From: Candidatus Daviesbacteria bacterium
Lineage (GTDB): Bacteria > Patescibacteriota > Microgenomatia > Daviesbacterales > UBA10151
Length of the DNA stretch: 64,000 nt
NCBI GenBank assembly: GCA_028712705.1
Contig: JAQTPP010000003.1
Location: 52 to 64,051 of the forward strand
Reading direction: 5' to 3'
Shown one piece after another: positions 62,468 through 64,000 of the stretch; the stretch's first letter is position 1, and every line of letters begins with the position of its first letter. The notes under the pieces are model-generated. The model worked only from the letters and a program-made list of their open reading frames with translations, had not been told where the DNA came from and made no database searches. The position numbers were made by a program, and so were the translations under genes.

Positions 62468-62750
62468 ATTTTCTTCTAGGATTATCTAACCAGGCAAACG
62501 CATCTTTCGTATTGTCAAAGGTAGGAGAAATATAACCTTTTCTTCTATCTTTTTTTGCTTCTTCAAGGGATTTTATCAGATATTCGGAAGGTTCCTCGGA
62601 AACATCAAGAATTACTCTTTTGGTTCTAATAAGTTGTTTAATGTAGGACTTCAAAAGGGTACTTAGAGGCACACCAAATTCGCTTGCTATAAGTTGGGCT
62701 TCCCTTTTCATTTTAGGATCAATTTTAAGATTAACTATCGCGTAATTCAT
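62436..62750 (-). CDS. RelB/DinJ-like antitoxin
   Basis: VNLKIDPKMKREAQLIASEFGVPLSTLL; overlaps toxin start. Confidence 0.85.
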   Translation of the reverse strand: MNYAIVNLKIDPKMKREAQLIASEFGVPLSTLLKSYIKQLIRTKRVILDVSEEPSEYLIKSLEEAKKDRRKGYISPTFDNTKDAFAWLDNPRRKYENQLRKRVR

Positions 62751-62751
62751 G

Positions 62752-62788
62752 GTATACCCAGTATACCCTCAGTATACCCCTTTGTCAA
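62752..62788 (-). promoter_or_regulatory. TA promoter with three GTATACCC repeats (operator)
   Basis: TTGACA 62788-62783, 17-bp spacer, TATACT 62765-62760; GTATACCC at 62752, 62761 and 62772. Confidence 0.8.
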
Positions 62789-62814
62789 TACATGGAGTTT
62801 GTACTTTTAGATGA

Positions 62815-63183
62815 TTAGCTGGAGACTGTTTCAAATGTCCCGTCAAGGTGAAGATAAATTGTTTCTACTTTTAAATTTTTATCAAAAGCTTCTATTTGAT
62901 TTTTTGCTTCTTCCAAGTCCTGGATATGTTGTTCATGGGTTCCTTCTTCTCCGTATGCCCCGCAATCCTCATGGTTTATTAAAATAACTTTTTTAATATG
63001 GTGCAGCGTGCGTGAGATATCCACTTGTTTTAACATATAATCCAAATCAAATACCCCTCCTGCTATTGCTACCCTATCATATGTTTTTGGGGCAAAATTT
63101 TCCGCAATCCAATTGTTTATATATTCCTGGAATCTGAAATCAATGCAGGTGACGATGATTGTTTCGCAAGTATGAATGTTCAT
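62815..63183 (-). CDS. Small beta-carbonic-anhydrase-like protein
   Basis: CIDFR and HEDCGAY zinc-ligand motifs. Confidence 0.75.
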   Translation of the reverse strand: MNIHTCETIIVTCIDFRFQEYINNWIAENFAPKTYDRVAIAGGVFDLDYMLKQVDISRTLHHIKKVILINHEDCGAYGEEGTHEQHIQDLEEAKNQIEAFDKNLKVETIYLHLDGTFETVSS

Positions 63184-63217
63184 ATTTCGCCTTAGACAAT
63201 AATGTATAATATCATAT

Positions 63218-63628
63218 ATGGCTTCGCTACAGTTGAAAATTGTTACTCCTGAAAGCCTTATTTTTGATGAGGAAGTCTCACAAGTTAATGTTTCAACTCA
63301 GCAGGGTCAAATCGGCATACTTCCCCATCATGCCAATTTAATGGCCAGGCTTTCACCCGGGGAACTGGTGATTAAAAAAAACGGCAAAGTAGATTCTATG
63401 GCAATCGGAGACGGGTTTTTACAGGTGGCGGATAATACTTTGATTGTGATGACGGATCTGGCAACTTATGCCACAGATATAGACGAAAGGGCTGTTGAAG
63501 AAGCCAAAAAACGGGCAGAGGTGGTATTAACCCAAACCTTGTCTGGTGAGGAATATGCAGAGACTTTTGCAAATTTGCAGAAATCCCTGGCTCAACTTAG
63601 GGTTAAAAGACGACATAAAGTAAGATAA
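63218..63628 (+). CDS. atpC: ATP synthase F1 epsilon
   Basis: LKIVTPE, GQIGILPHHA, GDGFLQV. Confidence 0.94.
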   Translation: MASLQLKIVTPESLIFDEEVSQVNVSTQQGQIGILPHHANLMARLSPGELVIKKNGKVDSMAIGDGFLQVADNTLIVMTDLATYATDIDERAVEEAKKRAEVVLTQTLSGEEYAETFANLQKSLAQLRVKRRHKVR

Positions 63629-63642
63629 CAATATCCTTAGCT

Positions 63643-63791
63643 TGCTGGCTCGTCGGTGCACAAAGCACCGCTCGGCTAGTAGTTACTGTAGCATTAAAGT
63701 TTCTCTCTAGCCTCGCTATGTGAAGATTTTGCGGTTGGCATCTGCACACAAAATTTTCAGATTGCTTTGGTTGCACTCGACTTCGCCAGCA
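63643..63791. repeat. Multi-hairpin element downstream of atpC
   Basis: Closing stem TGCTGGC/GCCAGCA; CGGTGC-ACAAA-GCACCG; TGAAGATTTTG/CAAAATTTTCA. Confidence 0.55.
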
Positions 63792-64000
63792 TCTTACTTG
63801 TGAGTTTGCTTTGAGGTTACATTCTGATTGTTATACAATTATCATCACATGGCAAATAGTGAAAATCCCGAGTTATCCATCATAATCTTAAATTTTAATG
63901 TCAAGGAGTTACTTCTAAATTGTCTAGAATCTATTTTCCAAAGCAAGGGCAAGTTGGATTGGTGGCAAGTTATAGTAGTTGATAACGCTTCAGACGATGG

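Overview
AT-rich, gene-dense bacterial chromosome segment that uses genetic code 11 (TGA is a stop). Gene content and style suggest Patescibacteria/CPR, probably Microgenomates; this is an inference. Housekeeping blocks include rluA, a Kef-type antiporter, yebC-ruvC, gyrA/gyrB, ddl-alr-murD-murI-murC, a full type IV pilus cluster, recG-rpmF-nusB-acp-rnc, rpsP-khpA-trmD, an archaeal-like tyrS and a split F1Fo atp operon. There are also two RelBE/DinJ-YafQ-like TA pairs, a cohesin/dockerin surface-protein cluster between two Xer-family recombinases (one catalytically degenerate) and a REP-associated tyrosine transposase (RAYT) with its own hairpins. The most striking signal lies below the ORF level. 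About 15 protein genes, many essential (gyrB, atpA/G/D, recG, murD, tyrS, trmD, rpsP, holB), carry short in-frame palindromic inserts from several families. These elements also occur intergenically, nest inside one another and often share a GA-GC-GNA-GC-GA mini-hairpin core. A separate class of period-7 tandem arrays with different unit sequences occurs in or beside at least 9 genes. Many genes look leaderless. No rRNA, tRNA or CRISPR array was recognised. All coordinates and alignments were made by eye.
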